From NCBI GenBank assembly GCA_963793425.1, contig CAWCAG010000001.1, positions 96,001-160,000 of the forward strand: a DNA stretch of 64,000 bases, in the 5' to 3' direction. The position numbers and the translations under genes are program-made. A model generated the notes under the pieces. The model was not told where the DNA came from. It was given only the letters and a program-made list of their open reading frames with translations, and did not search any database. Every line of letters begins with the position of its first letter. Position 1 is the stretch's first letter. Origin of the DNA: an uncultured cyanobacterium. Lineage in GTDB: Bacteria; Cyanobacteriota; Cyanobacteriia; Cyanobacteriales; CAWCAG01. Positions 41,212-51,538 of the stretch are shown piece by piece.

Positions 41212-43071
41212 TTACTGTCCAGCTATTTTAGTGATCAGAACTTCTTTAGAAACTCGAATCAAATCATAAGACCCCTGACTATCAAGCTTTTGATAATCTT
41301 GGGGTTGCAGATTGATGTTTTCCCAAGAACTTGGTTCAGTAAGGATTAATAGAGAGTTATTTTGTTGGGCAGAATTTTTGAGAAAGCCCAAGCCATTTTC
41401 TGTCACTAGCTTAGGCAGAAGATGTTCTATATGGGTAAAATACTTAACCGGGCGTTGAGAATAAAAAACCACGCTGGGTTTTTTAAAACCTACCATATAA
41501 AAATCTTCTCCTGGCTGTTCCACTTGGGGAACTAGTTGAGAAAGTTGCCTTAAAGGAAGTTGTCGGGCTTCATCAAGGAGAAAAGAAGCAGGATGAATAA
41601 CGAAAATTAAGAAGGCGAAAAAAGCTAGTAGATTAATACCAATCAGCCAGGATCTTAACTGGGATCGCCAACAAAATACACACCCAACCAAAGCTGCTAT
41701 CAGCCAAATTAAGCCCCCCATTTTGGGTAAACCAGATTCGGCTACCAACTCTCCTAAATTAGGGGCGGCCGGGTCATAACCAATGAAGCTAGGGCCATAA
41801 GCAAGGGCAACAGCTAAGACGAGAAGAAAGAGAATATTAACCAAATTAGAGATTAATAAACCCCATTTAAGTTTAGTTTTGCTGGGCTGCTTAACTTTGG
41901 TCAACTCCTCGCTTGCCAACAACGCAACTAAGATAGCCGCAGCAGGTAATAAAGGCAGGGTATAACTAGGAAGTTTGGTAACAGCGACGCTGAAGAAAAG
42001 GAAAATAGCTGCAAACCAAAACAGGGCAAATAAGCTTAACTGTGCTGAACGAGGCTGCTTACGCCAAAAAGAAGGTTGCCAAAATTTTAAACGCAGAATT
42101 GCTTGGGGTAAATAAACAGAATAGGGAGCAAAACCAATAAGTACAACTAAAAAATAAAAGTACCAAGGGGCAGCATGATTGTTAACGACATCGGTGAAGC
42201 GTTCAAAGTTATGGTAGCCGAAAAAAGCATCTAGGTAATCAGGGTTTCTTAAAGTCACTAAAACAAACCAAGGGACACCAAGAATCAGGAAGAGAATGCT
42301 ACCTACCACTAAACCAGCTTCCTTAGCGACTTCCCCAAGTCGCCCCACATAAACAAGGAAAGGAATAATCACAATTCCTGGTATCACAATACCTACAGGC
42401 CCTTTAGTTAAAACAGCTAGGGAAGTAAGAAGATAAAAAGCCAGATACCAAGGACTAGGGCAAACAAACCATCCTCCTTTTTCTTGATGCTGGGCATAGC
42501 CAAGAAAAAAGCAGAGCATAGCACAACCCATACACCCACTCAGGAGCATATCAGAAACCCCTGTATGAGACCAAACCAGAGTTTGGATGTTCAAAGCAAC
42601 TAAAGCTGAACCAAGCCATGCTGATAGCCAGAGTTGCCGATGAGGACGACTTGCTTCACCTGCTTGTTTGGCAACCCCAGGAGCAGCAAAACCATAACGC
42701 CGTAGGGTATAAAACACCATCACCATAAGAGCGATCGCAGCCAAAGCAGAGGGCCATCTCACAGCCCATTCATTAACCCCAATTACTTTATAGCCAATGG
42801 CCATTAACCAATAAACCAAAGGGGGCTTATCAAAGCGAGTTTCCCCATTAAAATAAGGGGTAACCCAATCCCCAGTTTCTGCCATCTGGCGTGCCGCTTC
42901 AGCAAAAAGAGGCTCTGTCTCATCTACTAAACCCGTAGACCCTAAGTTCCAAATAAAAGCAAAAAAACCAATTAACAGCAACCAAAAAAACGATAACCAC
43001 CAGCTACTTTTGGGATGTTGCTCAAAAGATTTCCAGCTATTTTGGATTTGGGAAATCATTTCATTTATCAT
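41212..43071 (-). CDS. ArnT/GT39-GT83 family membrane glycosyltransferase
   Basis: DETEP.FAEAARQM..TGDWVTP, FDKPPL.YW, LTKGPVG, TKLPSY. Confidence 0.92.
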   Translation of the reverse strand: MINEMISQIQNSWKSFEQHPKSSWWLSFFWLLLIGFFAFIWNLGSTGLVDETEPLFAEAARQMAETGDWVTPYFNGETRFDKPPLVYWLMAIGYKVIGVNEWAVRWPSALAAIALMVMVFYTLRRYGFAAPGVAKQAGEASRPHRQLWLSAWLGSALVALNIQTLVWSHTGVSDMLLSGCMGCAMLCFFLGYAQHQEKGGWFVCPSPWYLAFYLLTSLAVLTKGPVGIVIPGIVIIPFLVYVGRLGEVAKEAGLVVGSILFLILGVPWFVLVTLRNPDYLDAFFGYHNFERFTDVVNNHAAPWYFYFLVVLIGFAPYSVYLPQAILRLKFWQPSFWRKQPRSAQLSLFALFWFAAIFLFFSVAVTKLPSYTLPLLPAAAILVALLASEELTKVKQPSKTKLKWGLLISNLVNILFLLVLAVALAYGPSFIGYDPAAPNLGELVAESGLPKMGGLIWLIAALVGCVFCWRSQLRSWLIGINLLAFFAFLIFVIHPASFLLDEARQLPLRQLSQLVPQVEQPGEDFYMVGFKKPSVVFYSQRPVKYFTHIEHLLPKLVTENGLGFLKNSAQQNNSLLILTEPSSWENINLQPQDYQKLDSQGSYDLIRVSKEVLITKIAGQ

Positions 43072-43141
43072 TTATCATTGGACATTTAGTTGCTTTTTTT
43101 GACTGCAAGTATTTTATCAAGTTCCACACATTGAACATTGA

Positions 43142-43876
43142 TCAAGAGTCTTCTTGGGGATATCTTTCCCATAAACTCGTAGTTTGCCGTAAACTTTGGT
43201 GATTGCCGTTGCCTAAAATCAAATGATCTAACAAAGGGATGTTTAAATACTGCGCCCCTTTTAAAAGCTGCTCTGTTAAGCTGATATCTTCTTCACTTGG
43301 TTTAATATTTCCGGAAGGATGGTTATGAGCAATAATTAACCGGGTGGCCCCTTGGCGCAATACCTCTCGGAAAATTTCACGGGGGGGAGCCAATGTTTCT
43401 GTGGCTGTGCCAATGGTAATAACTTGAGTCCCTACCAAACAATTATTAACATCCAAAAGAATTACGGCAAACTTTTCTTGACTTTGCCACATTAGCTCAT
43501 GGCTTAAGCTTGCAGCAGCAGATTCAGGACTGTCTATGGTAGTTCGTTCTTTTGGTTGAGATTGAAAAGCTCGTTTGCCTAATTCCACTGCTGCTACGAT
43601 GGTAGTTGCCTTAGCGGGGCCAATGCCAGGAATTTGCATCAATTCTTGGAGGGTGACATTACGCAGAACTTCTAAAGGATCTCTTTGATGCTTACTCAAT
43701 TCCTGAAGGATGTATTGCCCCAAGCCCACAGCAGAAAGTTTCCCCGACCCCTGTCCTGTTCTCAACAACATAGCAATTAGTTCTGCTGTGGAGAGATTTT
43801 TCGCCCCTAAAGCAAGCAATCTTTCACGGGGACGTTCACTGGTGGGTATGTCAGCAATTCTTAAGCAGTAGGTCAT
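43142..43876 (-). CDS. radC: RadC family JAB-domain protein
   Basis: ERPRERL, GIGPAKA, AHNHPSG..KPS.ED, LLDHLI. Confidence 0.96.
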   Translation of the reverse strand: MTYCLRIADIPTSERPRERLLALGAKNLSTAELIAMLLRTGQGSGKLSAVGLGQYILQELSKHQRDPLEVLRNVTLQELMQIPGIGPAKATTIVAAVELGKRAFQSQPKERTTIDSPESAAASLSHELMWQSQEKFAVILLDVNNCLVGTQVITIGTATETLAPPREIFREVLRQGATRLIIAHNHPSGNIKPSEEDISLTEQLLKGAQYLNIPLLDHLILGNGNHQSLRQTTSLWERYPQEDS

Positions 43877-43971
43877 CCTGAATGAGGTCAGAGGTTAAGG
43901 TATTTTACTAGTAAATAACTCAATTGATTATATAGTGAGAAAGTCACTCTTCAAGTCTTCTTATACATATT

Positions 43972-44898
43972 GTGCTTACTCTTTCTCAAAATCGCTTTTT
44001 TCCCTGTTTCGCTACCATTGCCTTAGCCTGTTGTGCCACACCAGTAATGGCACAGTCTCAAGATTTTGACAAAGTTCAAATTGAAACTATTCCGATCCGA
44101 GATGGTATTTATATGTTGACCGGAGAAGGTGGCAATATTGGTGTCTCGGCTGGGGAAGATGGAGTTTTCCTTATTGATGATCAATATGCACCTTTAACAG
44201 AGAAAATTCTTAATGCTGTGGCGGAAATTAGTTCTGAACCGGTGCGCTTTTTGATTAATACTCATTGGCATTTTGATCACTCTGGAGGCAATGAAAATTT
44301 AGGTGAAGCGGGGGTACTTATTTTCGCCCATGATCATGTCCGGGAACTGATGAGTACAGACCAGGTTAGCGAATTACTTGGGATGGAGTTTCCTGCCTCA
44401 CCGGAAGTTGCCTTGCCCGTAGTTACTTTCAACGATACAATTACTTTCCACCTTAATGGCGAGACAATTGAGGCTTTCCATGTCAACCCGGCACATACCA
44501 ATGGTGACTCAATTATCCATTTCCGAGAAGCCAATATTGTTCACACCGGAGATATTTATTTTAATGGCTTTTATCCTTTCATTGATATTGAACATGGCGG
44601 TTCCATTGATGGCATGATTGTAGCAGTGGAAGGGCTGCTAACTATGGTGGATAACCAGACTAGTATTATTCCCGGCCATGGCCCTCTTTCTAACCGAGGT
44701 GAATTAATTGCTTATCTTAATATGTTGAAAGCAGTACGAGATCGAGTTAGGTCTGCGATCGCTCAAAATATCCCTATGACAGATTTCATTGCTTCTCAAC
44801 CACTTGCTGATCTTGATTCTGATTGGGGAGGAGGTTTTCTTAACTCAGAAAAATTCTTGGAGATTGTTTATAGCGATTTAGCCAAACAATCCCCATAA
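43972..44898 (+). CDS. Exported MBL-fold metallohydrolase
   Basis: THWHFDHSGGN, AHTNGD, GD, IPGHG; signal peptide. Confidence 0.9.
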   Translation: MLTLSQNRFFPCFATIALACCATPVMAQSQDFDKVQIETIPIRDGIYMLTGEGGNIGVSAGEDGVFLIDDQYAPLTEKILNAVAEISSEPVRFLINTHWHFDHSGGNENLGEAGVLIFAHDHVRELMSTDQVSELLGMEFPASPEVALPVVTFNDTITFHLNGETIEAFHVNPAHTNGDSIIHFREANIVHTGDIYFNGFYPFIDIEHGGSIDGMIVAVEGLLTMVDNQTSIIPGHGPLSNRGELIAYLNMLKAVRDRVRSAIAQNIPMTDFIASQPLADLDSDWGGGFLNSEKFLEIVYSDLAKQSP

Positions 44899-44916
44899 CT
44901 AGCAACTAGTAAATCC

Positions 44917-45225
44917 CTACAATTTACTCTGATATTCCTGCAATAATTCCATCAAACCACTTTGACATTGGTTTGGTAAAAGTTCAGTTAAAGGGAGTTC
45001 TTTTTTTCCGCCTCCTAACTGGATAGGAATATCTTGCAAAATTGCTGTTACCTTATCTTCAGTTAAAGAATCATCTTCCAGCAAAGGATAAACTTTCTCT
45101 GCCACCACCGTATGCAACTTGGCATTAGACAAATAGAGATGCCATTTTGCTATATCCATATAGATATTTTCGCCAATTTCCGCTGCTAGAGCTTCAATTG
45201 CTTCAGTCGTATTATAATTAGCCAT
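44917..45225 (-). CDS. DUF3181 family protein
   Basis: IEALAAEIGENIYMDIAKWHLYL, LGGGK. Confidence 0.85.
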   Translation of the reverse strand: MANYNTTEAIEALAAEIGENIYMDIAKWHLYLSNAKLHTVVAEKVYPLLEDDSLTEDKVTAILQDIPIQLGGGKKELPLTELLPNQCQSGLMELLQEYQSKL

Positions 45226-45469
45226 TTGATTTAACAGAATAGTTTGCTATACCAAAAATATAAATGCCATGAAAGAATATAACCATCAACCAAACCAGAG
45301 TTACCCATTTAGCCCAGGGCCAGGTTGCTTGTTTAAGTTGATGAAAAAACCACAAACCAGAATTGCAAGTAGCACTGAAAGCAACATGAATAGCAAAGTT
45401 CATCCGGTCATCTAAACGGCGATATTCTAAATCGTTGCGGTCAGGTTGGCGTGGCCAGCGAGGGGGCAT
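45218..45469 (-). CDS. 2TM-domain protein
   Basis: MPPRWPRQPDR..YRRLDDRMNFAIHVA; ATG at 45469. Confidence 0.8.
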   Translation of the reverse strand: MPPRWPRQPDRNDLEYRRLDDRMNFAIHVAFSATCNSGLWFFHQLKQATWPWAKWVTLVWLMVIFFHGIYIFGIANYSVKSNG

Positions 45470-45571
45470 TTTTTCTCCTTCTCTATACTTTTTCCTTTTG
45501 TTTAAGATAGAACTTTGCCTAGACAAATAACAAGCAAGATACTTATTTTTGCCTCTGCTCCCTACTCCCCG

Positions 45572-46054
45572 CTAAAATGTATAATCAAGATTGCGAGGAT
45601 TAGCTTTTTGGGATAACATCATTTCTTTATATCTTTTAAGCTGTTCTTTTTCGATGTTCTCTATTCTAACTAAATAGCTTTTGAGTCGGGCGTACTGCCA
45701 GCCTGTTTTGACCCCTAAAGCGAAAGCTTCTTTTTTTTCGTTGCTGAATAACGAAGATAGCAAAGAAGGAGTGAGGTTAGTGCTTTTTTTAATCGTTCTG
45801 CGGTTACTTTTTCCTTCAAAATAACCTTGCCAAAATTTTTGCTGTAATTCTTCTGAAGAAAATTGTTGATATTGCTGAAGAATACTTTGTAAGTCCTGTA
45901 AATCTTGCTTCCTGGTTCCCGCCAAAGAATCATTGGGTTTATACTTGTGCCATGTATCCACCAGTTTTCTGACTGCAATTTGGAACTTTGGTATTAACTT
46001 GCTAGGGGGCAACTCGGAAGAGATTTTGGCATCTATTAGTTGTAAGTCTTTCAT
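45572..46054 (-). CDS. Hypothetical protein
   Basis: 160-aa ATG ORF, no recognised motif. Confidence 0.55.
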   Translation of the reverse strand: MKDLQLIDAKISSELPPSKLIPKFQIAVRKLVDTWHKYKPNDSLAGTRKQDLQDLQSILQQYQQFSSEELQQKFWQGYFEGKSNRRTIKKSTNLTPSLLSSLFSNEKKEAFALGVKTGWQYARLKSYLVRIENIEKEQLKRYKEMMLSQKANPRNLDYTF

Positions 46055-46339
46055 AGAGTTTTTGAGGTAGATGGCTCAGCCTGATGAATACTTGCAAATG
46101 TAGATTGAGTAACGTCTTTAAGGCGGTTTTTACCTTAGTTAAGGACGTAAGAATGGGAGATTGGTTGAGTGAGTAATTTTAAGGTAGAGTTTCTCAGATG
46201 GAGGAAAATAAACGATTATGAGCGATCGCAGTTTTTCTCTACTGGTTAGTGCCTCAGATATTTCTCACTTCTATCTTAAGGCAGATGAAATAAATTCTAA
46301 CATTAAAAATATTTGAGTTGCCACAAGTAAAAGCAGTTA

Positions 46340-47335
46340 ATGAATAATAACTTAACCTTATTTGATGTTGCAGTGGTTGGTGCTGGGTTGGCAGGGCTGA
46401 GTTGTGCCAAGGAACTTTCTCAACTCGGCTGTCGAGTTGTCGTGTTAGACAAATCTCGCGGTTTGGGAGGAAGAGTCGCGACACGGCGTATCAACAATTT
46501 ACCAATCGATCACGGCTTACCTTACTTACAGCCCCAAGGTAAGTTATCTCAGCAGCTTATTCAACGTCTGAATGAAGAAAATCTTATTCAACCTTGGCAT
46601 AGCCAAATTCCTGATACTTACATTGCCCCCCAAGGTATGACAGCGATCGCTAAATTTATGGCGAGGGATTTAGAAGTTTGGCGGCAAAGTCGGGTTGAAA
46701 AAATTGAACCCATTGAAGGGCAAGTTTGGCATTTAAGCTTAGATTCTCAAAAGGGTTTAACTGCTAAAGCTGTTGTTATGGCGATACCTGCCCCCCAAGC
46801 CTTAACTTTATTGGAACCCCTAACTCCCAAAGGTTTAAATGCTGATTTGATAGCCAAGTTGCATCAAGTTAAGTTCGATCCTTGCTTAAGTGTCATGGCT
46901 GGCTACAAAGCTACTATAGTTTTACCAAAGCAATTAAGCAAACAACCTTTTATCTCTATAGAAGAAGATTCTTACTTAGCTTGGCTTGGTTTAGATAGTA
47001 GCAAAAGAACTCAATCTCAAGCCGCCGTTTTAGTTATTCGCAGTACAGCAGAATTTGCTCAAAAGCACTTAGAAACCACTAATTTAGCACCTGCTGCACA
47101 ACAGTTAATCTCTCGCGCTGGGGAACTTTTTACCCCTGAATTAAAAGAGCCTCAATGGTATCAAATTCATCGCTGGCGTTTTAGTATTCCTCATAACTTT
47201 ATTAATGAACTTTATCTAGCTACTCATCAACCTTTGCCCCTAATTTGTTGTGGAGATTGGTGTGGAGGCAATTCAATCGAATCTGCTTTAGCATCAGGTT
47301 TAGTGGCGGCAACTCAAATCTCTAACTTGAACTAA
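46340..47335 (+). CDS. FAD-dependent oxidoreductase (renalase-like)
   Basis: VVGAGLAG, DKSRGLGGRVATRR, DHG, HRWR, CGDW. Confidence 0.9.
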   Translation: MNNNLTLFDVAVVGAGLAGLSCAKELSQLGCRVVVLDKSRGLGGRVATRRINNLPIDHGLPYLQPQGKLSQQLIQRLNEENLIQPWHSQIPDTYIAPQGMTAIAKFMARDLEVWRQSRVEKIEPIEGQVWHLSLDSQKGLTAKAVVMAIPAPQALTLLEPLTPKGLNADLIAKLHQVKFDPCLSVMAGYKATIVLPKQLSKQPFISIEEDSYLAWLGLDSSKRTQSQAAVLVIRSTAEFAQKHLETTNLAPAAQQLISRAGELFTPELKEPQWYQIHRWRFSIPHNFINELYLATHQPLPLICCGDWCGGNSIESALASGLVAATQISNLN

Positions 47336-47347
47336 AATTATGGTTCC

Positions 47348-47584
47348 ATGGAAACTCTTTTAAACTATTTTTGGCTAATCGCGATCGTGGTTAATGGTAT
47401 TAATGCCGTTATTTTTTGGTTAAGGGCGCAACCTTATATCAACAAAAAACCCAATCTGCGATAAGGTTATACCACGCTAATTCGGGGTTTCTTTATAGGA
47501 ATGAGTATACCTTGGGTTGTCATGGGGATTGGCACAACAATAGGGGGAGTTTCTGACCTTGCGGATTTCTTTTTAGTAGCTTAG
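47348..47584 (+). pseudogene. Small membrane-protein relic with in-frame stop
   Basis: METLLNYFWLIAIVVNGINAVIFWLRAQPYINKKPNLR*GYTTLIRGFFIGMSIPWVVMGIG...; TAA at 47462. Confidence 0.5.
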
Positions 47585-47681
47585 TTAGCAGTTTGATTAT
47601 ATTTTCTCTAGAACCCCGTTAAAAGAGTTGAAGCTAGTATATAAAGTTAAAGACACTCATTATAATGCTTAGAGGAAAACT

Positions 47682-48982
47682 GTGACCTTATCGCGACGTA
47701 GATTTTTTGCTATTGCTGGGGCTACTACAGCAACTTGCGTGGTGGCATCTCCTTTAAAAGCTCTTTATGCTAGAACAAAAAGCGGTGATTCTGTTGTTAC
47801 CGAAGGCTTTGGGCTATTGCAAAAAGACCCTCAGAAAATTTTAAACTTGCCCCCAGGTTTTCAGTATCGTATTCTCTCCAAAACAGGAGAGCAAATGAGT
47901 GATGGCCATACTGTACCTGAAGATCCTGATGGTATGGCAGCATTTCCTGGGCAAAACGGTACAACAATCTTAGTTCGTAACCACGAAGTCAGCCCAGGGC
48001 AGCTAAAAGGAGTAAGGGCCAGCGCAACCCAAAAATATGATCCTTGGGGCAGGGGGGGACTACAACCTTAGTTTTAAATAGCGATCGCCAGGTAATTAAA
48101 CAATTTGCTTCCTTGGCTGGTACTAGCCGTAATTGTGCTGGTGGCACAACTCCTTGGGGTTCTTGGATCAGTTGTGAGGAAGATATTTCTACTCCAGCCA
48201 CCACCAAGAATAAACCAGCTAAAGTAGCCTTGAAGCATGGTTATAATTTTGAAGTACCTGCAACTCAACAACAGTTGGTAGCACCGACTCCTTTAATAGC
48301 AATGGGGCGCTTTAATCATGAAGCGATCGCAGTAGATCCTGCAACTAGTTACGTTTATCAAACTGAAGATAGAGATGATAGCTGCTTCTATCGCTTTCGC
48401 CCCCAAGAAAAAGGCAATTTGCAAGCTGGGGGAGTTTTAGAGGCTTTGGTGATTGAAGGAATGCCCAAGATTGATACTAGTACTAATTTTCCTGTAGATG
48501 TAGCTAAAGCAGTGGCATGGGTCAAAATTGCTGATGTAGATCCTCAACAAGATACTCTGCGTTACGAAGCACAAAGCAAGGGTGCAGCTATCTTTAAGCG
48601 CGGTGAAGGCATCTGTTATAGTGACGGTGCAATCTATTTTACCTGTACCAGTGGGGGCAATGCCGGAAGAGGGCAAGTTTTCCGTTATACTCCTCAAACA
48701 GAACAAATTGAGTTATTTGTAGAATCTCCTGGGGGTGAAGTCCTCGACTACCCTGATAACTTAGTTATGTCTCCTTTTGGAGATTTAATTGTTTGTGAAG
48801 ATGGTTACAGAGAACAGTTTTTAGTCGGAATTACTCCTCAAGGACAATGCTATAAGTTTGCTAGCAATGCCGTTAATTTTAGCGAATTTGCAGGAGTTTG
48901 TTTTGCTCCTGATGGAAAAACCATGTTTGTTAATATTCAAAAACCTGGTATTACTTTAGCTGTTTGGGGGGCTTGGAGTTGA
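47682..48982 (+). CDS. phoX: PhoX-type alkaline phosphatase (DUF839), Tat signal; frameshift in G-run at ~48052-48058
   Basis: SRRRFF Tat motif, LVRNHE, NCAGG.TPWGSWISCEE, GRFNHEA, PDN, CED, EFAG. Confidence 0.88.
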
Positions 48983-49041
48983 GGTTGTTTGATTAACCCT
49001 CTTTTCCGGAGATGATTAATTGTTAGAGTTGTGACAGGTAA

Positions 49042-49071
49042 ACCATTAGCTTATAAGCATAGCTAATGGTT
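49042..49071. promoter_or_regulatory. Palindrome between phoX and flv4 (terminator or operator)
   Basis: aaccattagct-tataagcat-agctaatggtt followed by T-run. Confidence 0.45.
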
Positions 49072-49146
49072 TTTCTATGAAATATATATTTTACAAATCA
49101 ATACTTCCACGTCAAAATAAGAGAAGCACTTGACGAGGAGTAACTT

Positions 49147-50877
49147 ATGGTCACACTAACAGATAATAATCAAGGGACTAAATCTACTGCTAGACTAACT
49201 CTACAAAATGTCGAGATTGCCTCAGAGACGACGGCAATCCGTTGCCTTGATTGGGATCGTGACCGTTTTGATATTGAATTTGGCTTACAAAACGGAACAA
49301 CTTATAATTCTTTCATCATTCAGGGCGAAAAACTAGCCTTAGTTGATACTTCTCATGGTAAGTTTCGTCAGCTTTATCTGGAGTTGTTAACCGGTTTAAT
49401 CGCTCCCTCTCAACTAGATTATCTAATTATTAGTCATACCGAACCGGATCACAGTGGTTTAGTTACAGATATTTTGGCATTAGCCCCGGAAGTTACAGTA
49501 GTTGGGGCGAAGGTAGCGATTCAGTTTTTAGAAAACATGGTGCATCAACCCTTCAAGCATCAGATTGTCAAAAATGGCAATACTTTAGATTTGGGGAACG
49601 GACATTTATTAGAATTTGTCTCTGCTCCTAATTTACACTGGCCAGATACAATTTTCACCTACGATCACAAAACTCAAGTTCTTTATACTTGCGATGCCTT
49701 TGGAATGCACTATTGTGATGAACCTACTTTTGATGAGAACATAGAACTTATTGAAGCAGATTTTGAATATTACTACGATTGTTTAATGAAACCCAATGCC
49801 CGCTCCGTTTTAGGGGCAATTAAGCGGATGGGAAAACTAGAGTTGGGGACAATTGCCACAGGACATGGCCCTTTGCTACAATACCATCTTACGGAGCTAG
49901 TTGATCGCTATCAGCAATGGAGTAAGGCGCAGGCTAAAACTGATACTTTGGTTGCCCTGTTTTATTCTGAAGACTATGGTTATAGTGACAGTCTCGCCAG
50001 AATGATCGCCCACGGCATTACAAAAACGGGAGTAGGGGTAGAGTTAGTTGAGTGGAATGACACTGAACCCCAAGAAGTGAGGGAATTAGTTTCTCAAGCA
50101 GCAGGCTTAGTGATTGGGATGCCACCCCAAGCAAATCGCGAAGCTAATGCTATTCTCAGTACTATTATGGCAGCCGCCCATGGTAAGCAAGCAGTGGGCT
50201 TGTTTGAATCTGGTGGGGGTGAAGATGAACCAGTTTATCCTTTACGTAACCAGTTTCAAGAAATTGGCTTAACCGAAGCCTTTCCACCAATCTTAGTTAA
50301 AGAAGCCCCTAATCAAATTATTAATCAAATCTGTGATGAAGCTGGTACAGATTTAGGACAATGGTTAACCCGCGATCGCAGTCTTAAAGAAATCAAAGCT
50401 ATTGATAGTGACCTGCAAAAAGCTTTGGGCAGAGTTAGCAGCGGCTTGTATATTATCACCGCCAAGAAAGGGGAAATCTCTAGTGCAATGGTTGCTTCTT
50501 GGGTAACTCAAGCTAGTTTAAACCCCTTGGGCATTGCCATTGCAGTTGCTAAAGATCGGGCCATTGAATCTTTCTTGCATTTAGGGGATCGCTTTGTTTT
50601 AAATGTCTTAGCAGAAGAGAATTATCAAAACCTGATTAAACATTTTCTCAAACGCTTTCCCCCTGGTGCAGATCGCTTTGCAGGAATCAAAACAGTACCC
50701 GCCAATAATGGTTCACCAATTCTGGCTGAGTCTTTAGCTTACATCGAATGCCAAGTTAGCAGTCGCATAGAGTGTAGCGATCACTGGATTGTTTATAGCA
50801 TAGTGGAAGCAGGCAGAGTTGCCAAGCTTGATGTACTTACGGCTGTTCACCATCGCAAGGTTGGTAATCATTATTAG
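49147..50877 (+). CDS. flv4: Flavodiiron protein Flv4
   Basis: SHTEPDHS, LHWPD, flavodoxin plus flavin-reductase domains; first gene of flv-small gene-flv triplet. Confidence 0.85.
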   Translation: MVTLTDNNQGTKSTARLTLQNVEIASETTAIRCLDWDRDRFDIEFGLQNGTTYNSFIIQGEKLALVDTSHGKFRQLYLELLTGLIAPSQLDYLIISHTEPDHSGLVTDILALAPEVTVVGAKVAIQFLENMVHQPFKHQIVKNGNTLDLGNGHLLEFVSAPNLHWPDTIFTYDHKTQVLYTCDAFGMHYCDEPTFDENIELIEADFEYYYDCLMKPNARSVLGAIKRMGKLELGTIATGHGPLLQYHLTELVDRYQQWSKAQAKTDTLVALFYSEDYGYSDSLARMIAHGITKTGVGVELVEWNDTEPQEVRELVSQAAGLVIGMPPQANREANAILSTIMAAAHGKQAVGLFESGGGEDEPVYPLRNQFQEIGLTEAFPPILVKEAPNQIINQICDEAGTDLGQWLTRDRSLKEIKAIDSDLQKALGRVSSGLYIITAKKGEISSAMVASWVTQASLNPLGIAIAVAKDRAIESFLHLGDRFVLNVLAEENYQNLIKHFLKRFPPGADRFAGIKTVPANNGSPILAESLAYIECQVSSRIECSDHWIVYSIVEAGRVAKLDVLTAVHHRKVGNHY

Positions 50878-50977
50878 TGGGGGCTAGGGAGATGGGGAGC
50901 TGGAAAAAGACCTATTAGCCATTAGCAATTACCAGTGTATCTCCGACACAACTAAGCAAATTAATGAAATAAACACC

Positions 50978-51505
50978 ATGTATGAACCTGTGAACAATTC
51001 TTCGACTCCTTGGTACAAAGTACTAAACAGTGGAGGAGTAATTAAAACTTTGGAATTCATCCAAGACTTAATTATTATCTCTCTTTGTATCGGTTTATTT
51101 AGCTTCATGGTAATTCAGTTACGAGAGATGTTTGTCTCTTTGCTACCACCTTTGAACTTTACAGGAGTCACCTCAGATATTCTGTTTTTGTTGATTTTGG
51201 TTGAACTGTTTCGCTTGTTGATTATTTACTTGCAAGAACATCGAGTTTCTATTGGTGTTGCTGTTGAAGTTTCTATCGTTTCAATTTTGCGAGAAGTTAT
51301 TGTTAAAGGTATTTTAGAAACTCCTTGGAGTCAAGTATTGGCAACTTGTTCTTTTTTATTAGCTTTAGCAGTCTTATTAGTGGTCAGGGTTTGGCTACCT
51401 CCTACCTTTGAAGGCATTGACCCCGAACAAATAATATCTGAGCGATACAAACAAAAAATATCCCAAGAGACTAACAATCATTCTCCCCAAAAAATAAAAT
51501 CTTAA
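50978..51505 (+). CDS. PsiE-like membrane protein (Sll0218 homologue)
   Basis: ILFLLILVELFRLL..YL, VSILREVI; sits between two flv genes. Confidence 0.85.
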   Translation: MYEPVNNSSTPWYKVLNSGGVIKTLEFIQDLIIISLCIGLFSFMVIQLREMFVSLLPPLNFTGVTSDILFLLILVELFRLLIIYLQEHRVSIGVAVEVSIVSILREVIVKGILETPWSQVLATCSFLLALAVLLVVRVWLPPTFEGIDPEQIISERYKQKISQETNNHSPQKIKS

Positions 51506-51538
51506 TCACAGCTAGAAAACGTTTCGAGGATAAAAATT